Assembly: GCA_964458565.1 (NCBI GenBank)
Contig: CAYWJO010000023.1
Span: 1-51,128, forward strand
Length of the DNA stretch: 51,128 bases
Direction of reading: 5' to 3'
Source: an uncultured archaeon
Lineage (GTDB): Archaea; Asgardarchaeota; Thorarchaeia; Thorarchaeales; Thorarchaeaceae
Shown here one piece after another: positions 38,878-49,404 of the stretch. Within the stretch, counting starts at the first letter, position 1, and every line of letters starts with the position of its first letter. A program made the translations under genes and the position numbers. The notes under the pieces were generated by a model. That model was not told where the DNA came from, searched no databases, and was given only the letters and a program-made list of their open reading frames with translations.

Positions 38878-39273
38878 TCATTCCTTTGGATTCAGTAATT
38901 CGTCGAGCCCCACAAGGACTTCATCCTCTGTGATTGGCCCCCTCTTCAGCAGTGTTCTCAGAGCTGAAAGAAAATTATCACCAAGCTGATAGCCCATATC
39001 CTCTACAATCGATACTACTACCCCATGATTCCAATCAGCATCTTCATCTTTGATATCATGGATTGTGACAATCTGAAATTCACCAGCCATTCCAGAGAAG
39101 AGACGAATTGTAGCAAATGTCAGCTCACTAACATCGTTTCCAGACATGGCTTTCCCGTAGAGTTGAATTGCAGAAAGAAAGGAACCAAAGAGTTGTGTGT
39201 TGTCTTCAAGCTTGTCAAAACCTGCTGAGAATTCCACAATTCCAGCTTTATTGATGACAAGTATTCCTCTCAC
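38878..39273 (-). CDS. Stand-alone longin-like domain protein
   Basis: ILVINKAGI...QLFGSFLSAIQLYG...beta-beta-beta-alpha pattern typical of Asgard longin-like domains. Confidence 0.7.
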   Translation of the reverse strand: MRGILVINKAGIVEFSAGFDKLEDNTQLFGSFLSAIQLYGKAMSGNDVSELTFATIRLFSGMAGEFQIVTIHDIKDEDADWNHGVVVSIVEDMGYQLGDNFLSALRTLLKRGPITEDEVLVGLDELLNPKE

Positions 39274-39406
39274 TCATTGCACCAGCTTTCAGGTCAAGCA
39301 TTGGCCTAATACGATTTCAACTCTTGTAATAGGATACATAGAGAAAAACATTCTGTGTATGCATGTAGTTACAAATGTTATGCCAACATGTACGATTATA
39401 TCAGAT

Positions 39407-40189
39407 CTATAAACCTGGAATTTTGGTATAATCATGGATAATGTCAAGGAACCAAGTGACAAAGAATATGACTATAATAAAGAAAACTGCAACCAGAGAA
39501 TAGACTTGCAAAGTACGAAATGTGGCATTAGCAGTGGATTTAGCCCATGCAAAGACTTCAGCTACTCCAACGATGTACGCCGCTGTGGTGACCTTTGGTA
39601 AATACGATGCTTCGTTTGACCATGCCGGTATCACCCTCCTCAGACTCTGGGGAATAATAATGCGTCTTATTCCCTGCGCTCTAGTCATACCTATTGCTCT
39701 AGCAGCCATCATCTGCCCACCACTTATGGAGGTGATGGAACCTCTGAAGAATTCTGCTTGATATGCAGCACTATTCATCCCCAGGCAAATTGCACTCAAC
39801 AAATAGCGCATGGACCAGGGATCAGCAAATGCAACAAGTATCGTAAAGACATTGGGAAGAAATGTAATAATGATTATCTGCGTAACGACAGGTGTGCCGC
39901 GAATTATCTCAATATATCCGGTCGCGACTCGGGATATTACCCTACCACCATACACACGGGCAATTGCAAGTGTTAATCCAAGAATAAGTCCAAACACAAG
40001 TGCGAAGATATAGAGATTGATTGTGTTAATTGCACCAATAATGAATTTATCGTAGTATGAAACCAGATTAAAAAATTGGAATACTGAGGGAAATATGATG
40101 ATGGAAAGAATTAAAGCTGTGAAACCGACTATGACCTTTAATATCTGAATCTTTGATTTCAAGTATTTTTTTATCTTGTCCAGTTCCAT
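39407..40189 (-). CDS. Polar amino-acid ABC transporter permease
   Basis: YIEIIRGTP, AYQAEFFRG, GQMMAARAIGM. Confidence 0.92.
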   Translation of the reverse strand: MELDKIKKYLKSKIQILKVIVGFTALILSIIIFPSVFQFFNLVSYYDKFIIGAINTINLYIFALVFGLILGLTLAIARVYGGRVISRVATGYIEIIRGTPVVTQIIIITFLPNVFTILVAFADPWSMRYLLSAICLGMNSAAYQAEFFRGSITSISGGQMMAARAIGMTRAQGIRRIIIPQSLRRVIPAWSNEASYLPKVTTAAYIVGVAEVFAWAKSTANATFRTLQVYSLVAVFFIIVIFFVTWFLDIIHDYTKIPGL

Positions 40190-40196
40190 AGGAAAA

Positions 40197-40958
40197 TCAA
40201 CTCTCCTCCTCAGCTTGGCCATACAAAACCTCTAGGCGATGTAGGAATCTTTGAGCTCGTTCTGATTCAGCACCAGCAAAGAAGTGCTGTGGAGTTCCAC
40301 GTTCAACAATTACACCTTCGTCCATGAAGATCATTTCATCAGCTACTGCTCTAGCAAAACCCATCTCGTGAGTCACAACAATCATTGTTGTTCCTTCTTT
40401 TGCAATATCCAACATTACTTGAAGCACCTCACCTATCAATTCAGGGTCTAGTGCTGAGGTTGGTTCATCAAAAAGAATCACATCCGGCTGCATAGCTAAG
40501 GCTCTGGCAATTCCAATTCTTTGTTGTTGACCACCTGATAGTTCAGCAGGATAATGATGAGCTCTATCTGACAACTTAACTCGTTCAAGAGCTTGATGAG
40601 CAATCTCCATTGATACTTCCTTGGAGAGACCAAGAACTCGACGAGGACCTAGAGCTATATTATCTATCGCCTTCATATGAGCAAATAGATTGAAGCTCTG
40701 AAATACCATACCGATTTTAGCTCTAAGTTTGTTCAGATTTGCGGATGGGTCCATGAGACTTTGGCCATGCAACAATATATCACCACTCTGAGGTGGGTCC
40801 AGCATGTTGATACAGCGTAACATGGTACTCTTCCCAGAACCACTAGGTCCAAAAATGACCTTTACTTCTCCCTGATGGACATCGAAAGAAATACCTTTTA
40901 GAACAGCTAGTTCATCAAATGATTTGTAAATATCTTTTACCTCAAGAATCAGCGTCAT
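40197..40958 (-). CDS. glnQ: Polar amino-acid ABC transporter ATPase
   Basis: [36 protein letters not shown]. Confidence 0.95.
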   Translation of the reverse strand: MTLILEVKDIYKSFDELAVLKGISFDVHQGEVKVIFGPSGSGKSTMLRCINMLDPPQSGDILLHGQSLMDPSANLNKLRAKIGMVFQSFNLFAHMKAIDNIALGPRRVLGLSKEVSMEIAHQALERVKLSDRAHHYPAELSGGQQQRIGIARALAMQPDVILFDEPTSALDPELIGEVLQVMLDIAKEGTTMIVVTHEMGFARAVADEMIFMDEGVIVERGTPQHFFAGAESERAQRFLHRLEVLYGQAEEES

Positions 40959-40960
40959 GA

Positions 40961-41650
40961 TTATCCACCTCCTAGACCAAGTCTTTTGAGACGTTTTGTC
41001 ATAATTTCACCAGCATATTTTGTGACAGGGTATGTAAAACAAAAATAAACGAGCGTCAGTACGAATAATATGAAGAGCATAAATTCAGGAGATTCAACCT
41101 GTAGGTTGAGTGCAAGTTTATTCATTTCTGCAATACCGACTGCCATAGCAAATGATGTATCCTTGATTACAACCGCATATTCGTTTGACCATCCTGGGAC
41201 AGCAAGCCGAAATGCTTGAGGAAGAACGATAAAGACATTTGCCTGAAGATTAGTCATCCCGATTGCCTGTGCCGCTTGAAGTTGTCCTGGACTCACAGAT
41301 TGGATTGCGCTACGAAATATTCCCGCTTGATAAGCAGAACTCCTGAGGGCGAGAGCAAACGCTACTGCCATGAGAGTTGCGTTTGTACCTGCACCGACAA
41401 AATTGAACAATCCGGGGAATCCAAAAACAAACATGAACATAAGAACAAGGATTGGAATACTTCGCATTATTCGCTCGTAGGTGGATATTGCGACTTTAAT
41501 AGGTCTTGGTGCATATACTCGACCTAAGGCAAATAAAAGCCCTAGAATGAATCCAAATACTAATCCTAAGAAAGTAAGTAGCAGGGTTGCAGGAAGACCA
41601 TTTACAATGATATATTGAAACCATCTTATGACCTCTTGCAACTCCTGCAT
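40961..41650 (-). CDS. Polar amino-acid ABC transporter permease
   Basis: [22 protein letters not shown]. Confidence 0.92.
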   Translation of the reverse strand: MQELQEVIRWFQYIIVNGLPATLLLTFLGLVFGFILGLLFALGRVYAPRPIKVAISTYERIMRSIPILVLMFMFVFGFPGLFNFVGAGTNATLMAVAFALALRSSAYQAGIFRSAIQSVSPGQLQAAQAIGMTNLQANVFIVLPQAFRLAVPGWSNEYAVVIKDTSFAMAVGIAEMNKLALNLQVESPEFMLFILFVLTLVYFCFTYPVTKYAGEIMTKRLKRLGLGGG

Positions 41651-41657
41651 ATCAGAA

Positions 41658-42479
41658 TCACCCAAACCATTTAGCGATCCATGCGTCAATTAGTCCTTCT
41701 TCAAATGCAATAGCAATTGCATTGTTCACTGCTCTTTGGAAATCTGGATTACCTTGATCCATATAGAGCGCGGTTGGAGGTGCGGTCAATGAGTAAATTC
41801 CCTTTACAGCATAGATATTTTGATAGACAGTCAGTACTGGCTCATCAATATAGATAGCGTCTAAAGCACCGCTGTTCAGGTCAACGAACATTGAATCCGG
41901 GCGAGGATATTCATGTACAACAATTGCCCCACCACCATCGTTGTGGTCAGAGATTTCGTCAGCTTCTACGGTGCCCGTTTGGACTCCCACATCATAGCCA
42001 TCTAAATCATCAAGACCTGTTACATTGAGTACTGAATCGCTCTTAACAACAACCACTTCGTTTGTTCTGATATACCAAACCGAAGGTGTCAAAACATCAT
42101 TTCTATCTGTAGTAATGAATGTTGCAGCAGCGATTAAATCGATGGTGCCAGCGTCACATGCAGGTACGAGCGCATCGAAGTCCATGTCTTGCCATTGAAT
42201 GGTTACATTCAGATAATCAGCAACGTAATTGCATAGATCTATATCAAATCCATAAAACGTACTATCAGTTGTGTTCACCATCTCGAATGGAGGCCATCCA
42301 GAGCTGGTGCCTACAATCATGTACCCTCTAGTTTGAATCACTTCCAGAAGATCCGGGGTGGGTTCGGGTTCCTCAGTTTCTACTGGGGGGTTGACTACTG
42401 GATAAATCAGAAATCCAGAAACCATCCCAATTCCGAGACCAATTATCAAAAAGAGAGCAATCATTCCTTGATTTTCCAT
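41658..42479 (-). CDS. Polar amino-acid ABC substrate-binding protein (family 3)
   Basis: N-terminal anchor, VGTSSGWPPFE, GFDIDL, GVQTGT. Confidence 0.92.
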   Translation of the reverse strand: MENQGMIALFLIIGLGIGMVSGFLIYPVVNPPVETEEPEPTPDLLEVIQTRGYMIVGTSSGWPPFEMVNTTDSTFYGFDIDLCNYVADYLNVTIQWQDMDFDALVPACDAGTIDLIAAATFITTDRNDVLTPSVWYIRTNEVVVVKSDSVLNVTGLDDLDGYDVGVQTGTVEADEISDHNDGGGAIVVHEYPRPDSMFVDLNSGALDAIYIDEPVLTVYQNIYAVKGIYSLTAPPTALYMDQGNPDFQRAVNNAIAIAFEEGLIDAWIAKWFG

Positions 42480-42617
42480 ATTGATTCCTCCTTTCTTACA
42501 CGTGTAGAAAGTAAATAGAAGTAATGTGAAACATCCACAAATAGATTTGGATTCCTAAATAAAAGAAGAATTATCCTATCTCAATAAAAGACTGCATCAG
42601 AGGAGTATTCCTTATTC

Positions 42618-42655
42618 AAAAAAAGAAAGGAGATGGGATGCCAAAGGTGGCATCC
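42618..42655 (-). terminator. Hairpin + U-tract terminator
   Basis: GGATGCCA-AAGG-TGGCATCC (42636-42655) with an A-tract on the + strand. Confidence 0.65.
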
Positions 42656-42667
42656 ATTCTCAAAGAA

Positions 42668-45490
42668 TTATTTCTTCTTCTTAGGTTTTGGTTTCACTTT
42701 TGTGGCGGCTCCGGCTGCTCTTCTTCTACTGCAAACAACTGCACCAATTACAAGAACTGCTGCAACTCCTGCAATGAGAAGTATCAGAGTTAAATCGAAA
42801 CCTGCAGCTGTAACTGTCACCCAGACTCTGTCAGTTGCTACATTTCCATACTCGTCCTCGAAGACCACTGTTACATTATAGACTCCAATCTCGAGACCTT
42901 CTAATGTAATTTCTAAAGACACACCATCCCAAGTACCAGTATCCTCAATTGTTCCATTCAAATATAGAGTATAATTATCGGGATGAAGCTCCGTTGCCGT
43001 CCACTCTATGACAGCAGGTGCTCCTTGAGCAACCTCAAAGTCAAAGGGTTCACTAAGGTTTGGTGAGGTAGTGTCAACCACAGTAGCAATGACAGTATCT
43101 GAAGATGAAAGCCCTAGTTCATTCGTACATGTTAGGATGATTTCAAACACTCCGACATCAGTTTCTATAAAATCAAAGCTAATCGGTGAACCATCCCAAC
43201 TACCACTATCCTCAACAACACTGTCAATTGAGATACTATACGAAGCTGGTAAGTAACTAGTGGGATTCCAATTGATCGCATGAGCATTTGTCGCATCGGC
43301 TTCATGTGTGAAATCAGCTGGTTGATCAATCCAAGCAGCTGTCATCAAAGCTATTTGGTTCAACCAAAGTTCGAAGTTGTCTGAATATCCTGATTCATCA
43401 GTATCTTCAGAGTATTGATCAATTAGGTAACTATTGTAGAGAGTTCGACCTTCGTTTCCAAGTACAATTGATGCATTACCAGGTAAAGCTGTCTGATTGA
43501 AACCAGCAAGTGCAGTTGCATTTTCAAATACGGTAACTGGTTCACCAGTAACTCCATAATCTCTTCCCCCAGCCACATAGCTTGCTCCATAATCAACAGG
43601 ATCGTTGAAGATTGTCTGGCCATCATCCCATATGTAAATAGTCGTTGGTACATAGAACGGTGCAGATTCAGTTTGAAATCCAAGAAGCGGCCAAAGCCGT
43701 GAAGAGGGTTCACTATATGCAAAATGATAAGACATGAGTAGGTACGACCCGGTTTCAACATAATCAGCCACATCATTATAGAAGGATCCTAATGGCCAAG
43801 GAGAATCAATTATGACAAGATCCCAATCATACCAATGTAGTGATCTATTGAGCCAATTACCACCATAGACAATCTGGTATTCCAGACCCAGTAAATTCAT
43901 TGCTTCAGCAGCTGGTGAATTATGGGGATAGGAATAGTGAGCAAGTGGAGGACCCACATATGGATAATTATTCATGTAGAGAATATCTGCATTTGAAGCA
44001 GTAAGCCAGTCTGCTACATTGATAGCAAATAGCTCATTTGTAGCGGATAGCCACAAACGTGCATTATCTAAGATATTCATATCTGAAAAGAGCACTGCAC
44101 GTCCATTACCATATTGTTGGCCAGCAACTACTATATTTCCAAGATATTCCCAGATTGCCTGTGCAGCACCTGAAATTAGAAGGTAGTTACGGTTAGATAT
44201 TGTAAGACCAGAGCATCCTTCAGTTGATGGATGAATTGGGTCGGAGAGAGTTGCTGTTTGTGTGTTTAGGATGTCACTCGTACCTAGAGTCATATCGAGT
44301 TCCTCAATCAAGAAGTTGATGTAGTCATTCCCATCACCTCCTAGATTCGTACGGTCTCCTAGAAGTAGTAAACTTCCACCAGCATCAATCCATTCCATTA
44401 GTGCGTTTCGTTCAGCCTCAGTGAAATTAAGTTCCGGCCAATCAATAACAAGCATGTCATAATTCGCTAGACGTTCGGTTGTGAAATTCCCTACACTCGA
44501 TGGATAGAATTTGTCAAAGGTATACGAGTGGTTGACGTATGCATTTCTTAGCTCGGAAAATGAATTGTCTACGGAATGACTTCCTGTGAATTCATCCCAA
44601 AGATCAACACATAATCTGGGTTGATGGCTGAAATCATACGCAATTCGAGCTTTCGGTCTAGGAGCAAGATAATCAATTGATTCAATGATCATTGACTCAA
44701 ATGCGGTGGGAATCAAATAACCATCCCCAGGTAGTTGAACTACCTTTCCACCCCTGTATGAAGAGTCAATAGCACAAGCTAAACCCCAATCAGGTTGTGT
44801 GAAGTTGGATAGTAGAACCGTTTGGTCACCTTCTATTTTTGAAGAATAAACATTCCAAACTGGAACATAGAATGTTGCCCAATCGTTCGCTCTCTCAGAA
44901 ATACTTTGATTGAATGAGTAATCCTGAGATACAGGATGTATGTTAGTAACCTTCATAATGTCATGAGATAAATAATTCCAATAGATTGGACGTGGATCAA
45001 CTTCGAGTTCAGGAAGCATCATCCCAGCTGTGTATAGATAACTCATTCCAGAGTTGAAACTAAGTACCCCTCCTCCTCCAAGCCAGAACTCCTTGACAAG
45101 ATCAAAAATAGTTTCTCTTGGCAGATTGTTCACCATAACGAACACATCATAGTTGGCTAGTGTGAGTTGATAGTCGAGAATATCAGCTTCAGTGATAGTA
45201 TCCACGGTGTATCCCGCGCCTTCTAGTAATGCAATGACTTCAGAGATATTATTCGTAAGAAGATTTGCAGAGGAATAGTCGGGTATAGTCACATTTGATT
45301 CGTCATATATTGCTACTCGAATCTCTCGTTCAATGAACGCAGACTCGATATAATCTTGAATAACTTGCTGTGATGCTGAATCATCTGGCGTACTTATTGT
45401 AGATGATTTTGTTTCCATGAAAGTGGATGGAACCATCGCAATACCAGAAAGAAACAGCATAACAAACAAAATTGTTTGAATGCGTTTCAT
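42668..45490 (-). CDS. Surface protein with repeated GATase-like/DUF4350-like alpha-beta domains and Ig-like domains
   Basis: Signal peptide; three YDxxVx...FxxxGG-type repeats; two W(x)G Ig-like repeats; TM helix and Lys-rich tail. Confidence 0.75.
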   Translation of the reverse strand: MKRIQTILFVMLFLSGIAMVPSTFMETKSSTISTPDDSASQQVIQDYIESAFIEREIRVAIYDESNVTIPDYSSANLLTNNISEVIALLEGAGYTVDTITEADILDYQLTLANYDVFVMVNNLPRETIFDLVKEFWLGGGGVLSFNSGMSYLYTAGMMLPELEVDPRPIYWNYLSHDIMKVTNIHPVSQDYSFNQSISERANDWATFYVPVWNVYSSKIEGDQTVLLSNFTQPDWGLACAIDSSYRGGKVVQLPGDGYLIPTAFESMIIESIDYLAPRPKARIAYDFSHQPRLCVDLWDEFTGSHSVDNSFSELRNAYVNHSYTFDKFYPSSVGNFTTERLANYDMLVIDWPELNFTEAERNALMEWIDAGGSLLLLGDRTNLGGDGNDYINFLIEELDMTLGTSDILNTQTATLSDPIHPSTEGCSGLTISNRNYLLISGAAQAIWEYLGNIVVAGQQYGNGRAVLFSDMNILDNARLWLSATNELFAINVADWLTASNADILYMNNYPYVGPPLAHYSYPHNSPAAEAMNLLGLEYQIVYGGNWLNRSLHWYDWDLVIIDSPWPLGSFYNDVADYVETGSYLLMSYHFAYSEPSSRLWPLLGFQTESAPFYVPTTIYIWDDGQTIFNDPVDYGASYVAGGRDYGVTGEPVTVFENATALAGFNQTALPGNASIVLGNEGRTLYNSYLIDQYSEDTDESGYSDNFELWLNQIALMTAAWIDQPADFTHEADATNAHAINWNPTSYLPASYSISIDSVVEDSGSWDGSPISFDFIETDVGVFEIILTCTNELGLSSSDTVIATVVDTTSPNLSEPFDFEVAQGAPAVIEWTATELHPDNYTLYLNGTIEDTGTWDGVSLEITLEGLEIGVYNVTVVFEDEYGNVATDRVWVTVTAAGFDLTLILLIAGVAAVLVIGAVVCSRRRAAGAATKVKPKPKKKK

Positions 45491-45684
45491 AAATCTGAAA
45501 TTGAGACATACAGATATAAATGCATCAATTGACAGTTATCGTTTAATTAATAATTGATGATTGTAATTAAAGTGGGAACGCGCTTCATTTATGGGGTCTA
45601 TGACAGAAATATGGAATAGAAGGTCTAGGATTCCATTTATCATTCCATTTCTCTAGACCAGTGAACAATCCTGTTTCAACAATA

Positions 45685-47508
45685 CTAAAGACTTGGTAAC
45701 CAGACCTCAAATTCAACACCTTGAGTATGGTCATCTACAACCCTATCTCTGACTTCTAGTTTTGCACCATATCGTTCTGCAATTCGCTTCACTTGATGAA
45801 CACCGATTCCACCAAATCTCCGATTTGGATTGAACAAGGCTTCTTTTCTGTCGTCTGGTAGACCATTTCCATTATCTGATATCGTAAGGTCGTATCCATT
45901 CGAAGATTCTTTCAAAGAAACCCAGACTTTGCGCTCCCTTCGTGAGTTATGTACGATTGCATTCTCTAGTAGGTTCATGAACAAGTACGTCAAATATTGC
46001 CCCGCTCGAACATAAGCAGATTTCACTGACATGTCAAGATCAAAAATCACATCTGGATATTTATCGGTCATTAATGAAATACTATCGAGAATCGCACTAG
46101 TCAATGACACCTTTGAGAGGGGTTCAGTAAGGAGATCAGGAGTGGCATGTACTTTGGCAATAAGAGCCTTAGCCCGACTGATGACATCTAACATGAACTC
46201 CATCATAGTTGACGCCTCGGGTCCGAGTTCAAGATGTCGTAAAAACTCTACACCAATGATTAAACCTTGCAAGTGATTTCTAATATCATGGCCTAAAAGG
46301 TCAAGATAAAGCATGGAAGTCTCTGCAGCGGTTTTCACCTGTTCCTGAGCTCTATGCTCCTGAGTTACATTACGTATAACTGATACAACCTGCACAACCG
46401 TACCTTCTTTTATTATAGGAATAAGTCTAACATCCGTATGATACTCTTGTCCAGCAAGTGATGTGCGTTCATGTTTTACAATGGGTTCCCCAGTTTCGAA
46501 GACTTGATCATAATCATTACGAGTGGACGCAGGAAGAAAAGGGAAAGCATCCATAACTTTTCGTCCATAGACTTCATTATCAATAGGAATTGAGGATAGC
46601 CATCGAAATAAAGCGTTATTCACAAGTATAATTTTCAGATCCCTATCCACAACGTGTACTGCATCTCCAATTGAGTTTAGAGTCCTGCGATATTGCTCCT
46701 CGGATTCTTCTAGTGCATCCTGTGCTATTTTGATAGAAGTGATATCTTCACCAGAACTTAGTACACCAATGACGGTTCCATCTTCATTCTTCAACATTTC
46801 AGTGCGCCAGCGAATTAATCGCTCCTCCCCGTTTCTATTGATGATTGGATTTTCATATGATTCCGGCGGATTGAGTTCTCCTGAAATCATCCTGGTGAAG
46901 AGTAGACCGACTTCGTTTCGAATTCTTCCCGGTAAAAATTCATGGAACCAGCTTGTACCGATAACATCCTCTTGCTCAACACCCAGAAGCTTACAACCCA
47001 CTTTGTTAAGCATAGTAATTTTCCCATCAGTGTCAAGAGCGACAAAAATGACAGCAGCTGTATTTAGGTACAGCGTTGCTTTATCGCGTTCTTCCCTGAC
47101 CTTCTCCTCGGCTCGTCTCTGTTCTGTGACATCTCTTATTATCGCGAATATCAGCTTCTGATCCCCGATATTTACAAAATCCTCATTTACGAGAGCCAAG
47201 AATTTGGTTCCATCCCGTTTTTGCAATGTCACTTCATGATTTCGCACCATCCCATTTTTACTGATGATGTCGATTATGAGTGATCTATCATTTTTTACCG
47301 CATAGAGATCCATTGCCTTTAGCGATTTGATTTCATTAAGAGAATACCCAAAGAGCGTCAGAGTGCTTATGTTTGCCTCGATAATGTTTCCATCAATGTC
47401 TGTAACGATGATTGCTCCCGGTGCCGAATCAAAGAGTGTTTTATATCGAGCTTTGTAAAAATCACTTGGTTCGATTGATTCTTCTACCTCGTCGCGCGGC
47501 TTATTCAC
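45685..47508 (-). CDS. PAS-PAS-PAS sensor histidine kinase
   Basis: Three PAS/PAC units, LLGHDIRNHLQ, NLLENAIVH, DNGNGL, GGIG. Confidence 0.92.
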   Translation of the reverse strand: MNKPRDEVEESIEPSDFYKARYKTLFDSAPGAIIVTDIDGNIIEANISTLTLFGYSLNEIKSLKAMDLYAVKNDRSLIIDIISKNGMVRNHEVTLQKRDGTKFLALVNEDFVNIGDQKLIFAIIRDVTEQRRAEEKVREERDKATLYLNTAAVIFVALDTDGKITMLNKVGCKLLGVEQEDVIGTSWFHEFLPGRIRNEVGLLFTRMISGELNPPESYENPIINRNGEERLIRWRTEMLKNEDGTVIGVLSSGEDITSIKIAQDALEESEEQYRRTLNSIGDAVHVVDRDLKIILVNNALFRWLSSIPIDNEVYGRKVMDAFPFLPASTRNDYDQVFETGEPIVKHERTSLAGQEYHTDVRLIPIIKEGTVVQVVSVIRNVTQEHRAQEQVKTAAETSMLYLDLLGHDIRNHLQGLIIGVEFLRHLELGPEASTMMEFMLDVISRAKALIAKVHATPDLLTEPLSKVSLTSAILDSISLMTDKYPDVIFDLDMSVKSAYVRAGQYLTYLFMNLLENAIVHNSRRERKVWVSLKESSNGYDLTISDNGNGLPDDRKEALFNPNRRFGGIGVHQVKRIAERYGAKLEVRDRVVDDHTQGVEFEVWLPSL

Positions 47509-47616
47509 AGTCCCATACCACCAAAATATAACGGCTCAATTACATAATTGTAAGATTCATTGCCTTTTTGCCTTTGTTATGGAGGAGATTGTTATCTAAT
47601 AGGGAGAGGGAGGAAC

Positions 47617-47638
47617 AAAGTTAGATTCGTCTAACTTT
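47617..47638. promoter_or_regulatory. Perfect 9-bp inverted repeat
   Basis: AAAGTTAGA-TTCG-TCTAACTTT running into TTTTATA in a divergent promoter region. Confidence 0.55.
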
Positions 47639-47738
47639 TATACGATTGATTTTATTTATGTGATGTGTAATAAGTGGAGTTGGATTTAATTCACTCATCG
47701 AAAACATACTAGTACACGGAACAATTACTGCTATTCTG

Positions 47739-48200
47739 TTGATTGTATACCTATTACCAATAATGAGACTTCTAAGTCCAAGAATCTGGGGATTCAGTGA
47801 TTACCCAGAAGCAATAACAAGTAAGGTTGAACCACAAACAAAACGAGAAAGGCAAATAGGGAGTATAGCTTTCATTCCATTTCTTCTACTCATGATCGGT
47901 ATCCCTCTCATTTCCACATTGATTCTGGAAAGCACCTATACTGGTCAGATTCCATTGATAGATGCATTTCTGAATGCATTTTGTGTTTTAATGTTTGGAA
48001 ACCTCGCAGATCTAATCATTCTCGATCTTCTCATAGTAGGTACAATCACGCCTTCGTGGGTGATAATACCTGGAACTGAAAACTTGAAGGAAACCGAGTA
48101 TAAGGCATTTCGAAAGTCACACACAATTGGACATATTTACGGCACAATTTTCCTCGCTCTTCTCTCCTTTGCAATAGCAGTGGTCATTGTCATCTTCTAG
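47739..48200 (+). CDS. Membrane protein (about 4 TM), start uncertain
   Basis: DYPEAI, NLADLIILDLLI, VIIPGTE; the frame is open from 47664. Confidence 0.65.
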   Translation: MIVYLLPIMRLLSPRIWGFSDYPEAITSKVEPQTKRERQIGSIAFIPFLLLMIGIPLISTLILESTYTGQIPLIDAFLNAFCVLMFGNLADLIILDLLIVGTITPSWVIIPGTENLKETEYKAFRKSHTIGHIYGTIFLALLSFAIAVVIVIF

Positions 48201-48313
48201 GATGAATCAAAGACTAAAATCTTAATTGACATGTTGCGTGTGTAAGTGCTAGGGAGTTATACCTCTCCTTACCGCAGTGTGACAATGGAAGCTTAGTTGC
48301 GCAATTCAATCCA

Positions 48314-48799
48314 TTATGGACGATTTCTAATTATCAGCACTATGAATACAACGATTACAACAGCGGAACCAACGGTTATTAACACACTCACAACCATCCA
48401 AGTTCCACCTTGCGACCACCATGGTTCAGTAGTACTAACATTACTTGTTGTGCTCACTTCAGATGTTTCATGTGCTGTTGTTGTGAAGTTGATTGGAACA
48501 GTCGTATTGGACGGATTTACAGTGAGTGTTGTTGGTGCCGTAGGAGTTGAAGTGCTTTCTGTGATTGAGGTTGGTGGAGTATTGTCGAATCCAAATTCCA
48601 GAGAGATTTCATCTACAAAAACAGGAATGAGAGGGTCAGATCCATATCTTGCATATGCAAGTGCAACATATGCAATTGTGCGGTCCTTCTCACTCTCAGA
48701 AAGCGTTGTAATGAAATTGTGTCCTAATCCCTCAAGGTCTATACGTTGCGGGAAAGCGATGACAAATTGGTGACAAATTATAGAAGTTAAGTATAGCAT
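48314..48799 (-). CDS. Ser/Thr-rich linker + TM anchor; possibly the C-terminal remnant of a surface protein
   Basis: T/S/P-rich stalk, TM helix, RNRP tail; no clear signal peptide. Confidence 0.5.
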   Translation of the reverse strand: MLYLTSIICHQFVIAFPQRIDLEGLGHNFITTLSESEKDRTIAYVALAYARYGSDPLIPVFVDEISLEFGFDNTPPTSITESTSTPTAPTTLTVNPSNTTVPINFTTTAHETSEVSTTSNVSTTEPWWSQGGTWMVVSVLITVGSAVVIVVFIVLIIRNRP

Positions 48800-48951
48800 A
48801 ACACGTCGTTCTTGTTAGATATATCCGCCCTCATTGACCTTTCTTTTCCCCATCTACTTTTTTTCTTCCTCTTTTGGTCCCGACACACATGTCATAATCG
48901 ATGATAATCATCGATTAGATCTATGTATCATGATGATACGTTCAGTGAAAC

Positions 48952-49395
48952 TCAGAGGGAAACTTTCATGTGATTCATGTTGTTACTGTTTTCATCAGCA
49001 AATCTCTCAAAAACGGTTGCTGCTTCGATAAGGAATTCGATTTTTTCTGCCGCGATTTGAAAGAAACTTTGTCGTTTCCCTTCATTATAAACTGCAATTT
49101 CAAGTATCTTCATACTATTGGATTCCTTTTCCATCTCAGAAATAATAAGATAATCATTACTTTCGAGGTCTTTGATTGGTTCAAGAATCATTTCAGTGAC
49201 ATTCTCTCGTCGAACGCGTTCCAGAATTTCTAGTCGTTTGTCAATTCTCTGAACCAATGATTTCAAGGTTGCGTTAATTTCATCATTTTGAATAACACCA
49301 AGCGCAGCCTCATAGAATGTCTTAGAATCTTCTTCAATCTGTATTGCAAATTTCATTACAGCTCCAAAGGTTCCAAGTTCCAACATAATCACCAT
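48952..49395 (-). CDS. Degenerate ferritin/rubrerythrin-like protein
   Basis: FAIQIEEDSKTFYE and IAVYNEGKRQSFF duplicated helices; His ligands are absent. Confidence 0.65.
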   Translation of the reverse strand: MVIMLELGTFGAVMKFAIQIEEDSKTFYEAALGVIQNDEINATLKSLVQRIDKRLEILERVRRENVTEMILEPIKDLESNDYLIISEMEKESNSMKILEIAVYNEGKRQSFFQIAAEKIEFLIEAATVFERFADENSNNMNHMKVSL

Positions 49396-49404
49396 CCTAC
49401 TATG

